A stretch of 64,000 bases of DNA, taken from positions 9,054,001 to 9,118,000 of the forward strand of contig CM052816.1 of NCBI GenBank assembly GCA_028534125.1, written 5' to 3'. The position numbers were made by a program, and so were the translations under genes. Positions within the stretch are counted from its first letter, which is position 1, and the number at the start of each line of letters is the position of its first letter. The notes under the pieces are model-generated. The model made no database searches. It worked only from the letters and a program-made list of their open reading frames with translations, and had not been told where the DNA came from. This document shows positions 52,101-64,000 of the stretch, one piece after another. Source of the DNA: Lama glama. Taxonomy: Eukaryota.

Positions 52101-53604
52101 AGTCCCAAGTTGTATCTCTTTAAAAAAATGATTCTGAACTTAAAAAGTGTCTCTCTAGGTCTAGATGGGGCTTTAAAATGTATCTAGATATATTCTAGAC
52201 TGGATACTTTCTAAAAAATCTTCCAGTTTGAAAATTCTTTACTTCTATGCCAACACCTTAGTAGGAAAGTTAGTTTTAGCCAAGCTTGGAACCTAGCAGG
52301 GTGGGCATAAAGATCTGTTGTTGTGATCATTTTCTTCCAGCCCCCTGACATTCCTTCAACCCCACTTCCCATCCCTTAGCAATTCTGTGATTTTCTTAAT
52401 GACTCACAACGGACTTGTTGTAACAGTGGTACAAGCTTCCTTCTGACTAGAGTCAGCCTTGCTTCATGGTTTCTCAACATTGTATCACCTGTCCCTAGAT
52501 TTCTCCCTCAAATTGCCTAACTATAAAGAAATTTCATTTAATGGTCTCTCTCTGACCTTTACATTTAACCCCTTCTGCATTTCCCAGGAAAGTGGGGACC
52601 ATGCAGCCTCAAGGAAAAGACAGGGTGAAGGGAAGAACTGGCTTTGTTGCCTGAGAGACGGTGCTGTTGGGAGCAGCATTTTCACTCTTGCTTTGATCTA
52701 GTCAGCAGTTGTTCAGCTCAGCTCCACACTCATGAGCTGGTAACAGCTTTTCTTACTTGGGAGCTTGACTACATCATGAACGAATGAGATGCTGAGGCAG
52801 GGTTCAGCCATGAGCAATGCGGGTGGATGGTCTCCCACCACATCCCAGGGTGAAGTGCAGAAAGTGGCAGGTCTGTGGCCTTAATTCACGTGCAAGAACT
52901 CTACTTTCTTCAGCGACAAGGTGAGATGTTCTCTTTGGATCCAGGGAAGTGACAGGAAGTCAGATGTGCCAGCTTCCCTGCAGGTTGCTATGTTGATACA
53001 ACATCTGCCTACTAGCTGACTATAAGTTCCTAGTATCTTCTGAGGGTCCAAAACTCTCAAGATCAATAAGGTCTTTTTAACTGTAAGTAGGGTTGTTCCA
53101 ATGCTACCATGAATTTGGAGCTATGGTCACAACTGAGTTGATGACTTAGATAATAGTTGATTGGTACAATTGGTATAAAACATCCAAGGCTTCAGTGGAA
53201 GTAGGGAGAATATTAAGCCAGGTGCACCCAACCTCTTAACGCTCCTGAGACTTGAGGATATGATATGATTGACAGTAGGTCAGGGGTCTCTCAGTAACAG
53301 AGGCTGTGATTATTTGAACTCACCTAGGAAGGCTGGTCAGCACCTCAGCTCACCATACAGTTTCTCAGCTCACAGCACAATCTCAGTACATTTGACACTC
53401 TAACACTTACAGAGGATTCTCAGAGCCAGTCCTGGGATGTTACAACTATGTCAAAGGTGAGACAGCAGGGAAAGTGGGGGCTCTTTCTTCCCAGTCCTTT
53501 TAAGGGCCAAAGCCTGACACTTTCTTCAGAAGGCCAGTAGCTGCCTCAATGCCAAAATAAATCAGGCTCTCCTTGGTCAAAAGCAAGGCTAAGTTTCCAT
53601 CACT

Positions 53605-54412
53605 GTGAGTTAACTTATTTACATGATGTGAGGTAAGGATCCAGCTTCATTCTCTTGCATGTGGCTACACAGTTGTCCCAGCACCACTTGTTCAAAGAGT
53701 ATTCTTTTCTCCATTGATTTGATATCCTAGTGGAAAGTTAACTGACCACAGACACACAGGTTTATTTCTAGACTCTCAATTCTATTACAGTGATTTATCC
53801 TTAGATAGTACCACACTGTCTTGATTTCCATTGCTTTAATAATAACTTTTGAAACTGAGAAGTGTGAGTTCTCCAACTTTATCCTTCATTTTCAAGATTG
53901 TTTTGGCTATTCTGGGTCCCTAAAACATCCACATGAATTTTAGTATCAGCTTGTCAATTTCTAAAAAAAGATGAAGCTGCTGGGATTTTGACAGGGACTG
54001 TATCGAATCTGCAGATTGATTGAGGCATTGCCATCTTAACACTATTAAGTCTTCCAAATCCATGAACATGAGGTTTTTCCATTTATGTAGATCTTTAATT
54101 TCTTTCAACAATCTTTTGTAGTTTCCAGAGTGTAAGTTTTGCATTCCTTTTGTTAAATATATTTCTAAGCATTTTATTATTTTTGATGCTTTGGTAAATT
54201 GAATTGTTTTCTTAATTTCATCTTTGGATTGTTTGTTGCTAGTGCACAGAAAATAACTGATTTTTGTACATTGTTCTTAATATCGTGAAAACTAGCTAAA
54301 CTTGTTTACTACTTCTAATACTTTTTCTAAAAATTGGATTCCTTATGATTTTCCACTTACAAGATTATGACACCTGAGAATCGTTTTCCTTCTTCCTTTC
54401 TAACTTGAATGC
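53605..54412 (-). mobile_element. LINE-1 ORF2 fragment
   Basis: ORF 53920-54144(-) QNLHSGNYKRLLKEIKDLHKWK; antisense L1 motifs gttgtcccagcaccacttgtt. Confidence 0.9.
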
Positions 54413-54485
54413 CTTGTCTGTCCTTCCGTCAGTCCTTCCTTCCTTCCTTCCTTCCCTTCCTTCTCTCTCTCTGGCCCCGGTTTCC

Positions 54486-55306
54486 TTTAAATCTTCAGAT
54501 CTTCTGACCTCACTCATCACCTGGAGGGGTGAAAGGGCAGCGCTAGCTCTGTATCCTCAGGTGCTCTCCCTCCTGCTGCCCGGTCTCCCGTCTCCCGTCT
54601 TGGCCACTGGCCTTTAAGGTGTGCGGACTAACAGGTGCAGGTGAGAGTAGGAGGGAGGAGGAGGCAGAGAGGATACGGGCGCCCAGACCCTCCTGCTCCT
54701 GGGACTCGACTGCCGGGCAGAAGCCAAGCTGGCAGCGCCTGCTCGCTCACACCGCCTCACACCCCGACTGTTGCAGCCCAGCAGCTCGGGAGCCCAAAGA
54801 GGGTGTGGACCACAGGGAGGCAGGGCGGGGGCAACGCGGCCGCTCGCTGCTGCCACCTGGTGGACGCGCCGGCGCGTAATCCAGGCCACGTTCTGCCCAG
54901 GCTTCTCCCTGGGTCCTGGGGAGTGGCTGGGGCCTTTGTGTCCTGGGGCCAGCAAGGGGATGCCTGAGCGCTGTTTCCCTTCCCTGGGTACTGGGGTATA
55001 ACGGCTAGACGATGATAGGAAAACAGACACGTCATCGGGAGGGGCTGTGAAGAAAGGATTGGCGTTGCAGGAAGACAGTGTTAGCTTCTAATCCTGCTTG
55101 GAAACAGATGGGTGTAGTCTGGTCTTGAGCAGATCAGTGCCGTCTGCGTCATCTTCCTCAAGTGTGGAAGGTGGCGGCTGGACAAGTGGGTGAGACATTA
55201 GGGGTTAAGAAGACTTAACTTCTGTCCCTACCTCCCCCTTCGTACCCCTTATCACTGATTCATTTGTTACAGTTGTTTATCATCTCTCTTCCCCATGAGA
55301 CTGTTA
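54486..55306 (+). repeat. High-identity duplicated segment 1, copy B (CpG-island paralog lacking 237 bp)
   Basis: Aligns with 20403-21451 except for the absence of 20738-20974. Confidence 0.97.
54850..54863 (-). promoter_or_regulatory. CTCF core motif CCACCAGGTGGCAG
   Basis: Identical to 20986-20999. Confidence 0.72.
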
Positions 55307-58228
55307 GTTTTATGAAAGAATAGATTGTGCCTGTTCACTGTACTCACTTTTCCTTCCCAACCTAGGTTAGTGAATGCCTGCCCTACAGTTGGTGCTTAAT
55401 CAATACTTGTTGAATCAATCCCTCAATTCATCTTCAGTGTTTTCTCCACTCTCCATGCTCCAGGGCTCTATAAAAGTATATTGCATTATTCTTTGCCAAA
55501 GCACAAATTAGGGAAACTCCATGGTTCCCTGGTCAAGAGCCCGGTGCTGGACTCAGCCTGCCAGGTTCTGACTCCTGGCTTCATCACTTGCCAGATGGAT
55601 GACCTTTGGAAATTTACTCAGCCTCCCAGGGTCTCAGATTCTTCACCTATAGATGGAGATAATGACAGTACTTACCTGACTGGGTGGTTGTGATGTACTA
55701 AATGAAGAAACTCATTAAAATACATAGTATAGTGCATCCATATGTCCTTCAATGTTAACTCTCAGTATCATCGTTCACTTGCACCGATCCAGCACCTCTC
55801 TCCTCGTGCCAATCTTTTAGACCTTCCTCAGTACATTCCTGCCCGGTTGCATTTTCCTGCCTGGGAATGTATGGTGAGCTCTGCTGCCAAGCAGATTTCC
55901 GGGTGTGGTCTTTCCTCTGAGCCAATCACAATGTTGTTAAATAAAACTAGTCTGTATGGCTGTGTCCATCCCCTTGGGGAGAAATACTCAGACAGGGACC
56001 AGGCAAAGAGGAGCAGGCTTCTGGTTGCTTCCCTTCTCGGTCTCCAGCCCTTCTCTTGCAATTGCAGTAAGCTCTAGCCCTGCCTCTTTATTTCACAGGC
56101 TTGTGTGGCCCTGAATGAAAGTGCTTTCACAGCAGCATAAATTCATATAGGAAGGCAACATGGTCTTGAGTCCTCTCTCTCTATTCCAGGCTGAGATTAA
56201 CTTCCTTCTCTGGGACCATTTTCCCCAGTTGGGTGACCTTGGCTTAATGAAGCACACCCAGTGCTTCCCAGCAACTCACAATTAACAAAAAATGCTTCGG
56301 GGATCTTTCTGATTTTCTCCTCCCAATCAGTCCATAAAACTAACAAGGCAGGGGGTACATTTTATAGCTGAGGAGCCCCACCCTTGGATAGCAGCTCAGC
56401 CTCTCAGCCTCATACTGGGGCAGGGCAGCTCCAGACTTGAATGTGGGCCCCACACCTCTTTGTCTAGGGTACTTTTCACCCTGCCCAGATGGCTGTGATG
56501 AATTAGGCTGTTGAAACCTGGACCATCTAAAAACCTCAAATAACTTCAAATGAGAAAACAGTCTTCTCTCCCCTGCACAATTATAAGGACATGAAGGGGT
56601 CAACAGATATAAGATGCTACACCCATGAGGATGTCCACATCGATTGGTGGCCACTGAGAGGGCCACTGGGCTGGGATTCTCCATGGGGCTCAGTTGAGAA
56701 AGCTGTCAGAAGACTTGTATCTTGGGTAATTCCTGTCAAAGGAATGGAATCAAAGGATCTCTTTGTTTAGAAGTTTGTTTTGATTCCAGGAAGGGTGAGG
56801 AACAACTCCCACCCCCAAAAGGAAAATATTCCTAGACTTTGGAAAACCACATGGAAAAACCATCAGGACACACTTTCTCTACCTTTACCTCTGGGCCAAC
56901 TTCACCCATGGCTGTCACCTCACCCTTCGTGGGCTGCCCTCACTAAGGCTCTCTGCTCCACAGAGAACTCCCATCATTCCTGCTTGAGGGGTCCAGCGAT
57001 AAGCCAGGTGAAACAGGCCAAGTCAGAGTTGTCACTCTCACAATGTCAGGTGATTCCAGTGCCAAGAGTGAAGCAGTGAGCAAATTAATACATGGGATAA
57101 TACATATGATCCTATCAGGAATACACACACATACACACACGCACACACACACACCCCATGTGTATATAACGTATGTGTGCACAATCTTTCTCCCCGAAAT
57201 GGGATCATCTATACAAGTGTCTGGAATGCAGAGCCAGAGGTCTGGAAGGACACTCCAAATTGCCAGTAGTTGCCTCCAGAGAAGGGACTAAACTTTGGTT
57301 GGGGGTGAGCTGGTTTGAAAGGGGACTTGCACTTTATAGCCGTATGCAGTTTGAACTTTTCTATGCATGTGTTACTATGGCAATGACGCCATTTTAAGCA
57401 GAATGCCTGACTTTCCTGCAGGATGGTGCTTGTCTCACCCCTCCCCCTCAGCAGGGGCTCCTTCTCACCCTCCACCTTTATAAATACGACATCTGAAACT
57501 CACCTCTGCACCCTCCACCTTTCCGCTCTCTCTCTCCCTGTATCCTCCTGAATCTGCTGGACATTATTCTTAAGACCTCCTGTCACAGTCCGTCCCTGTT
57601 CTCATATCCCTTTCCACCTGCCTTGCCTCCACATCCAGCCTGACTCTGTCACCCATTTTTGTGACTCTCTCACCAGCCCCTGAGTCTCTTGCCCCAGTGT
57701 CTCCCTGCCACGCCTGCTTTGCCAGCTGGGAACTGTCTGCTGTCCCTGCTCTGTTTCAAGGCTGCTGGAAGAAAGACATCCGCTCCCATGACTGGGCCCC
57801 TGCAAACTCCTAACAGCCAGCCCAGGCCAGCACTCACTATGACCAGCAATTCTCTTATTCCTCTCTAATCAGCTTCTTATCACTCTGCCCCCATATACCC
57901 CTTTGCCGCCCTTCTCCCTGTTTATATTGTGGCCTTACCTACGACCTACACCAGCCACCCATCTCTTTCCTTCATATTCTCCATGCTTTCACTCATCACA
58001 TTGTCCTGCTGGCCCACCTCAGAAGAACGCTGTCTCCAAGACTGCTTCCCTTCCTTGCTAAGTGGAGGCCTCCAGTCACTGGAGGAATGGCTGCAGGGGA
58101 GTTGCCGACGGCTTGCTATTCAAAGTGCGGTCCAAGGGCCAGCGCACCGGCACCACACAGAGCCCCTGCTAGAGCTCCCCGCCCTGCCTGGGCCCGGGGT
58201 GAGGACCTGCACTTCACCAGTGCCCAGG

Positions 58229-58728
58229 TGTATTTGTTACCTGAGGCTGTTGTAATTACAAACCTAATGGCTTGAAACCACACAAATTTCTTATCTTAAA
58301 ATTCTAGACATCAGAAGTCTGAAGTGGGTTTTACTGGGATAAATAAAATCAAGGTGTTGACAGGGCTGTATTCCTTTTGGAAGTTCTAGGGGAGAATCCA
58401 TGCTTCGCTTTCTCCAGCTTTTAGAGGCTTCCCACGATCCTCGGCTCATGGCCTCTTCTTCCATCTAAAACCAGCATCATAGTATCATCTTCGGACCACT
58501 TCCTCTGACTCTGACCTCTGCTTCTAGTTCTGTCTTTACATCTTCTTCTGACTCTGACCCTCCTACCTCCCTCTTATAAGGACCCTTGTGATTACATCTG
58601 GATAATCCAAACAGTCTCCCCGTCTCAAATTCCTTATCAACAAAGTCTCTTCAGCCTGGACAGGTAACATATTCTCAGGTTCTGGGGGTTAGGGCATCTT
58701 TGGGGACCACTGTTCTGCCTACTACATC
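58229..58728 (-). mobile_element. MLT1-type solo LTR inserted into a MER5-like element (about 58110-58770)
   Basis: aatggcttgaaac...agaagtctgaa...aaaatcaaggtgttgacagggctg...cttataaggacccttgtgattacat...ttctgcctactaca; MER5-like halves on both sides. Confidence 0.85.
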
Positions 58729-59319
58729 AGAGATTTTACATCCATTGTTAACGTTTGAGAAGCCCTGGCTACCCTATTTAAATGGTTTTTCTTTCCTACT
58801 TTCCCTGGCTGCTCATGTAATGCTGAAACCCTTCAAGTTAAATGCATGTATGATAAAACTGTTCTGCTTGTTTGTGTGACCCCTGCACATGTGTGGTTCT
58901 GCGTAGGCTGAAATCATTCTGATCTTTATTGTTAGATAGATGTTGACTGAGGCAGGACTTGAGGGTTGGGCACTGTGTGTATGTCTGGTTCATGTCTTCC
59001 TGGATGTCTTAAGTGGTGAAAGCTGCTGTATGTGCTGTTGCTGGCTGGAATGTTTGGGAAAATCCAGCTCTGCCAATTACTAGCAATAAGACCTTGGAGA
59101 AGTCACCTGATTTCTCTCAGACAATCTTTTCATCACTTACAAAAACGTCAGGTCCAACCGCTATGTCACGGATGTGGTGTGAGGATGTAATGAGATGGAG
59201 GGATTTGTCAACGGGGAACTCCTGCACAATTGTAAGTCTTATTTGATTCTTTGTGGATCTTGAAGAATAAAAGGAACTCTTTCAGACTCTTTGCATTGAG
59301 TCCAAACTCCCTGCATGTG

Positions 59320-59333
59320 CTGCCCTCTTGTGG
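59320..59333 (-). promoter_or_regulatory. CTCF core motif CCACAAGAGGGCAG
   Basis: Consensus-type CTCF core, paralogous to 31051-31064. Confidence 0.65.
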
Positions 59334-61336
59334 TGAAGGCTTTTAATTAACTTTGGTGTGGATCACAAGATAAGAAAGCAGAAATGGGCATTCACATCCT
59401 TGCTACACCTGACTGCCCTTCATCCCCGCAAAAGAAACCTCTCGGGGATTATTTGCCAAAGTCTGGATGCACATTAGAATCACCTGGAATGTGTCTAAAA
59501 GAAGACCTCCAATCACCCTGCTACCAGAGATAATGATACACCATGGTTGGGCAGGATCTAAGCATCTGAATTCTGGTAAATCTCTACCAGTGGATAGAAT
59601 GTGAGTGGTCTCCTGATGTAAGCTTGGGATCTATTAACGGAAGTACAGTAAGTGAAACAAAGGAGGGACAGCGCCTCGGAGCTGAACGCAGAAGACGAAG
59701 CTGTGCTGGACAACAGGATGGAAATCTGGGTCCCCACTTCCAGAGCAGCTTGGACAGTTTTCACAGGAGCAAGACCTGAATGGTGTGGGGACTCAAAGCT
59801 ACATCACCTAAGGAAGAGGGGAAAGCACTGAAGGGGAAATGGCTGACGTGCCCAAGGTCGCCCAACAAAATTTATCTACAAAACACCAGGACAGAGAGAG
59901 AGAGAGAGAGATACACATTTCCTTAGATCACAAAGCCAAATATCATGATGAAAATAGTTCAGTATGAGATTTTCTTTCTTAAGTAAACACCTTGTAAAAT
60001 TCCTGTCTGCTGAAAATATTAGCCAATTGAGGAGAAAGGACAGACATGCAGCTAGGGTGCCTCGGCTGGATGCCTTTGCCCGAGGTAACAGAAAGGAATC
60101 TCTCCGATTATCTCTGAGGACAGGCAGATCTGGTTTTACTTGGAACCAAGGTTTTGTCTCTGTCACAGCTGACGGGCACATCCTGCTCATGTAGGATGCC
60201 TCTTCCTCCTCAGAGTCCTAACCGCTCCAGACGCGAGGCGAGCATGCCTAAGACTAGTGGAACAGTGACCTGTGTGCGTGCCTATGCACACGCACACTCG
60301 CACGATTTGCACAAGTGGAAAACACCCATAAACACCTTGTTATACACTCACAGCCCCTTTGTGAGGTAGAACTGCTTTGTTACCTCCACTTAATTATTAT
60401 TGTTACTGTTATTTATAAAGGAAGAAATGGGCTAAAGAGCATACAGCTGGAGAATGGCAGAGCCCGGATTTGAATTCAGGTTGTCTGCCCACAAATCTAG
60501 TGCCTAAGTTGACCAGGGAGGTAAGTTGATCAGAGTGGCGGTAAGATCTGTTTGTTACCCTTCTGGCCAGTAAGGCTGTCTTGCCAATTCCTCTGCAGAG
60601 AGAAGAGGACAAGCCCAAAGACTGGGAGGTGCTCTGGTAGGGAAGGACGTGTCCCTCAGTGTAATCCATGTAGCCAATCGTGCCATCTTCTCTCGGGTAG
60701 ACTGAGCAGAGGTGTGGCACCTTCAAGAAGAGAAGAGGCTTCCTCTGCACCTTCTGGATCCCAGCACCAGTGAGGACCCTCTAAATAGGTTGCTGGTCAG
60801 ATGGAGGCACTAGATCAGGGGCAGAGGGTGTAAAGCCACGTCTGCAAGACCACAATCCCAGAAGACTGTGCAGCTGTTTTCACAGCATCAGACCCAGAAG
60901 ATGATCCTCGGCTTAAAATTTTCCTCCTCTAGGGGCTGTAACCAGCTACAGGCAGCACTGTCTGAAGGCTATCAAGAAACTGTAGGGAGTAACGGGATTT
61001 GCTATTCCTGGAATGTGCCTCCTTCCTGCTAAGATGCTGTGGACATTGTGCCTGGCAGTCTCCAATTGGTCCTTCTGTGATGCTCGGTACAAAGACCATC
61101 TCTCAAGTCAGGTCCAGAGTATGTCAGCTCGAAAGTGACCCTCCACGACCACTCCTGACACACTGTTCTTATCTAGGCACCTCTCCTCCCTTCTCTTCTT
61201 CCACCTTCTCTTTGTTCCTATCTTTTTGTATTTATTATGGCAACACCATGAAACACTGTGGCTGGAAAAGTTGCTATAACACAGAAGTGTATACGAGAAA
61301 AAGACATCATGTTCCTTTCCCTTCACCCCCTCCCTC

Positions 61337-62629
61337 CACCTGGCTACAGGAGGCAGGGGTGTTGTCTGCTCTGGGCTCTGCTGACCCCTCATCCAGCCAA
61401 GGGCCAGGGGCATGGGGAGGGCCCTGGATGTGCACCTGTGGAGTGAATGAACAAATCACCATCATCAGGCTGATGTGGTCTCCTTCCTGTATGTTCAAAG
61501 TCACATATATAGTGTGCTTCTGTACATAAGTGGGGCCACACTCTATCACTGTGTGCAAGTTTCTTCAGTTTTTGCATCATAATACGGCTTGGAAATCTTT
61601 CCTTGACTCTCCATCTAGACCTGCTTCATTCTTTTTCACTGCTGACTAAATGCACCATCAGTATTTGACTGTTTTCACATTGATGGGCATTGATGTCCCT
61701 TCCATTTCTCACTATTTCCAGCCATGCTGCTTGCACGGCCTGTTGGTGCCCGGGTGCGAGTGTCTCCAGAAAAGACACCCGAGGTGGCCTCGCTGGATGG
61801 AAGGGCACCTCCTTCCTGTCCCATTCACTGGGTCAGATGCATAAAACCTGAACTTTTCTTAAAGGTAAGTTGGACTGAGGAGAAATTCCTTTCCCCGGGA
61901 GTGGTGGGGAGTGTCAGACCTCGGCTTGTATCCTGTACTTGGTGCATGCGTGCACACACACACACACACACCCTCCTGTCCCAGCCTGCTCACTGGGGAC
62001 CCTACTTTTAAAACATGAACTGATTAGTTTAGCATGGTTCGTGGAAGAATGATGAGCTGAGAGTCCTGAGGTCTGAGTTCTCATATAGGCTTTGCCACAA
62101 AACTGTCTGTAAGTGTTGAACACATGACTCAGTCTTTATGGGCCTCAGTTTCTTTATCTTTAACATGGGCTGGGGAGTGGACCCATTACTATAAAGACAC
62201 TTTGACTGCTAACCTTTCAGGGTGAGGCGTCAGTTGCCTGCCCTTGACCTAAGGTTGGCTGTGGGAGCCAAGAAACAGGAAACTGATGTTTTAGAAAGAG
62301 AAGTCGGCAGCCCCTGGTGAGGTCAAAGCCGGCAGTGTGATGACCTCTGCCCTGGTCAGCAGCCCCACCTCCTCCCCAGAGCTGCTGGGCCAGTTCCTCG
62401 GCTGACCCTTGGCAAGAGGAAAGTGTGGGTAACTCCTCACCCCTGGCGCAGTGACCTGTCTGCACCTCCAAGGGCGCCCAACTATACCACACAGACACGG
62501 CTGGGCCCCCCGGCAGAGTGGTGTGGACCAGGGCCCTGCAGTCCCTTCCCGGGCTCCAGTCCTGACTCTGCTGTGTCCTGTCAGCCGGGTGAGCTGGGGC
62601 GAGTCACCAGACTCTTGGTGTCCTGATCT
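61337..62629 (+). repeat. High-identity duplicated segment 2, copy B
   Basis: Aligns with 31645-32948. Confidence 0.98.
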
Positions 62630-62859
62630 TTAAGTAGGGGGTGAAGATTAGATGTGGAATTTTCACATAAGCATGTAATAAGAGCTCCGTCAGCATTTCT
62701 TCTTCTTCTTCTTAATGTCCACAACTAACACAGTGCTTAAAGTAGGCAACCAGTAATGTTCACTGAATAAATAGGTCACTGATGACTGAACCAGAAACTC
62801 ACAGGCCTCCATCTCTGCTCTCTCCATCACCCGTCCTCGGGCTCATCTGAACCGAAGTA

Positions 62860-64000
62860 CTGTTTCCTGAACTTGTCCCCACTGTCAATCCTAGCACCTT
62901 TGCTATGGCTTTTTTCTTCCCACCTACGTGTGCCTGTCAAAATTTCATCCTTCAAGGGCCACAGTCACACGCCACCTCCTCCATGCAGCTTTCTTTGCTT
63001 TTCCCGTTGGTACATGCTAACTTCCTCCTCATATCTCCAGTATGTGTCTATATCCCCATGAGCCCCAAGTCTAAGTTTCCAGTAGAGGCCTTTCCCTTGA
63101 ACTCTAGACTTGGGTATCCTACAGCCTGTTCCACGTCCTCCAGTGGATGGAGAATAGACTTCTCATACTCAACACGTCAACCCAACCAATCAGCCAAGCT
63201 TGCCCCAACCCCCGGATGTCTCCTCTCCAGTCATGGCTACCATGCTCCTTGCAGGTGCTCAGGCCCAAACATGGGGAACCCCCCTCACTCCTCCTTCTCT
63301 CACACCCTGTGTTTCATCTGCAGACAGTTCTGCCTCCACCTCAAAGTAAGTCAGAATCTCGCCACATCTCACTGCCTCCGCTGCCCCCACCCTGGCCCAA
63401 GACACACTTCCTCTTACTTGGATTACTGCAGTCGCCTCCTGCTCCTACAATTCTTTCAGATCATAAATCACATCATCATTCTTCTGCTCAAACCGCTGCA
63501 GTGGCTGCCATTTCACTCAGCGTGACAGCCACGCCCCCACACTGGTCTAGCAAGCTCGGCATCCTTGGGACGCTGATCCCTCTCCCCCCGCACTGGACGG
63601 TCTTTAGTTATCCTTTGGACCCCTCTTCACCTTTCTCTCCCTTGTTCTGCTGGATGCTGGCCTTCACAGGCGTCCTCAGCTCAGCTCTCTCATCCTTTGG
63701 CTTCCAGTTGTGCTCAGTCAATGGAAGACAGGAGGTGAGAGGATGGAGCATTTATTCCTCTGGCCCCTGTGCATACATGGCCTTGGCCAGCCTGTGGCTG
63801 TGTTCCTCTATTAATGATACAGCTCCTGTTGTCAGCTCTGGCCTGCAGCCATTTCTTGCTACGTTCTGACAGCCACTCTCTCCTCTTGTCCCTTCAGCCT
63901 TAGGGATGCTAACGACTTTTTAGTCTTCCCAGCCCTAGGGTGCCTCACCATCCTTGCTGGTTCACTTTAACCCTGCCCACATTTTGGTGAACAGTTCTTT
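62860..64000 (+). mobile_element. L2 followed by an LTR33-like LTR (from about 63600), paralogous to 34140-35000
   Basis: L2 motifs (gtgctcaggcccaaac, ttcttctgctcaaaccgctgcagtggctgcc) then cctttggcttccagttgtgctcagtcaatggaag. Confidence 0.65.

Noticed and set aside
62905..63869. Long ORFs of 206 and 240 aa, and the 217-aa ORF at 16853-17506
   Set aside because: They lie in L2/LTR remnants with Pro/Ser/Leu-biased composition and no recognisable domain.
1..64000. Prokaryote-style systems (CRISPR arrays, operons, defence islands)
   Set aside because: The sequence is clearly mammalian, with no regularly spaced repeat-spacer arrays or dense long ORFs.

Overview
Mammalian genomic DNA, most likely camelid (alpaca/llama/camel), because it carries three tRNA-Ala-derived Vic-1-type SINEs. 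The window is repeat-rich (young and old LINE-1, L2, MIR, MLT1/LTR33-like LTRs, MER20/MER58/MER5 DNA transposons, microsatellites). I could not recognise any protein-coding gene; the ORF track is L1 ORF2 debris or chance ORFs. The main structure is an old direct duplication: about 20.4-35.4 kb (unit A) is collinear with about 54.5-64 kb (unit B). Most of it is strongly diverged, but two patches are near-identical, which suggests gene conversion. Both units keep same-orientation CTCF-consensus motifs. Unit A has a CpG island with a candidate minus-strand first exon, and unit B lacks exactly that 237-bp piece. Smaller oddities are a 42-bp hairpin whose imperfect pairs are all G-U, an L1 target site hit twice, a 5'-inverted L1, a 46-bp local copy and a flipped REST half-site pair. 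Repeat family names and boundaries were judged by eye and are approximate. I found no firm evidence of a wholly new biological system.
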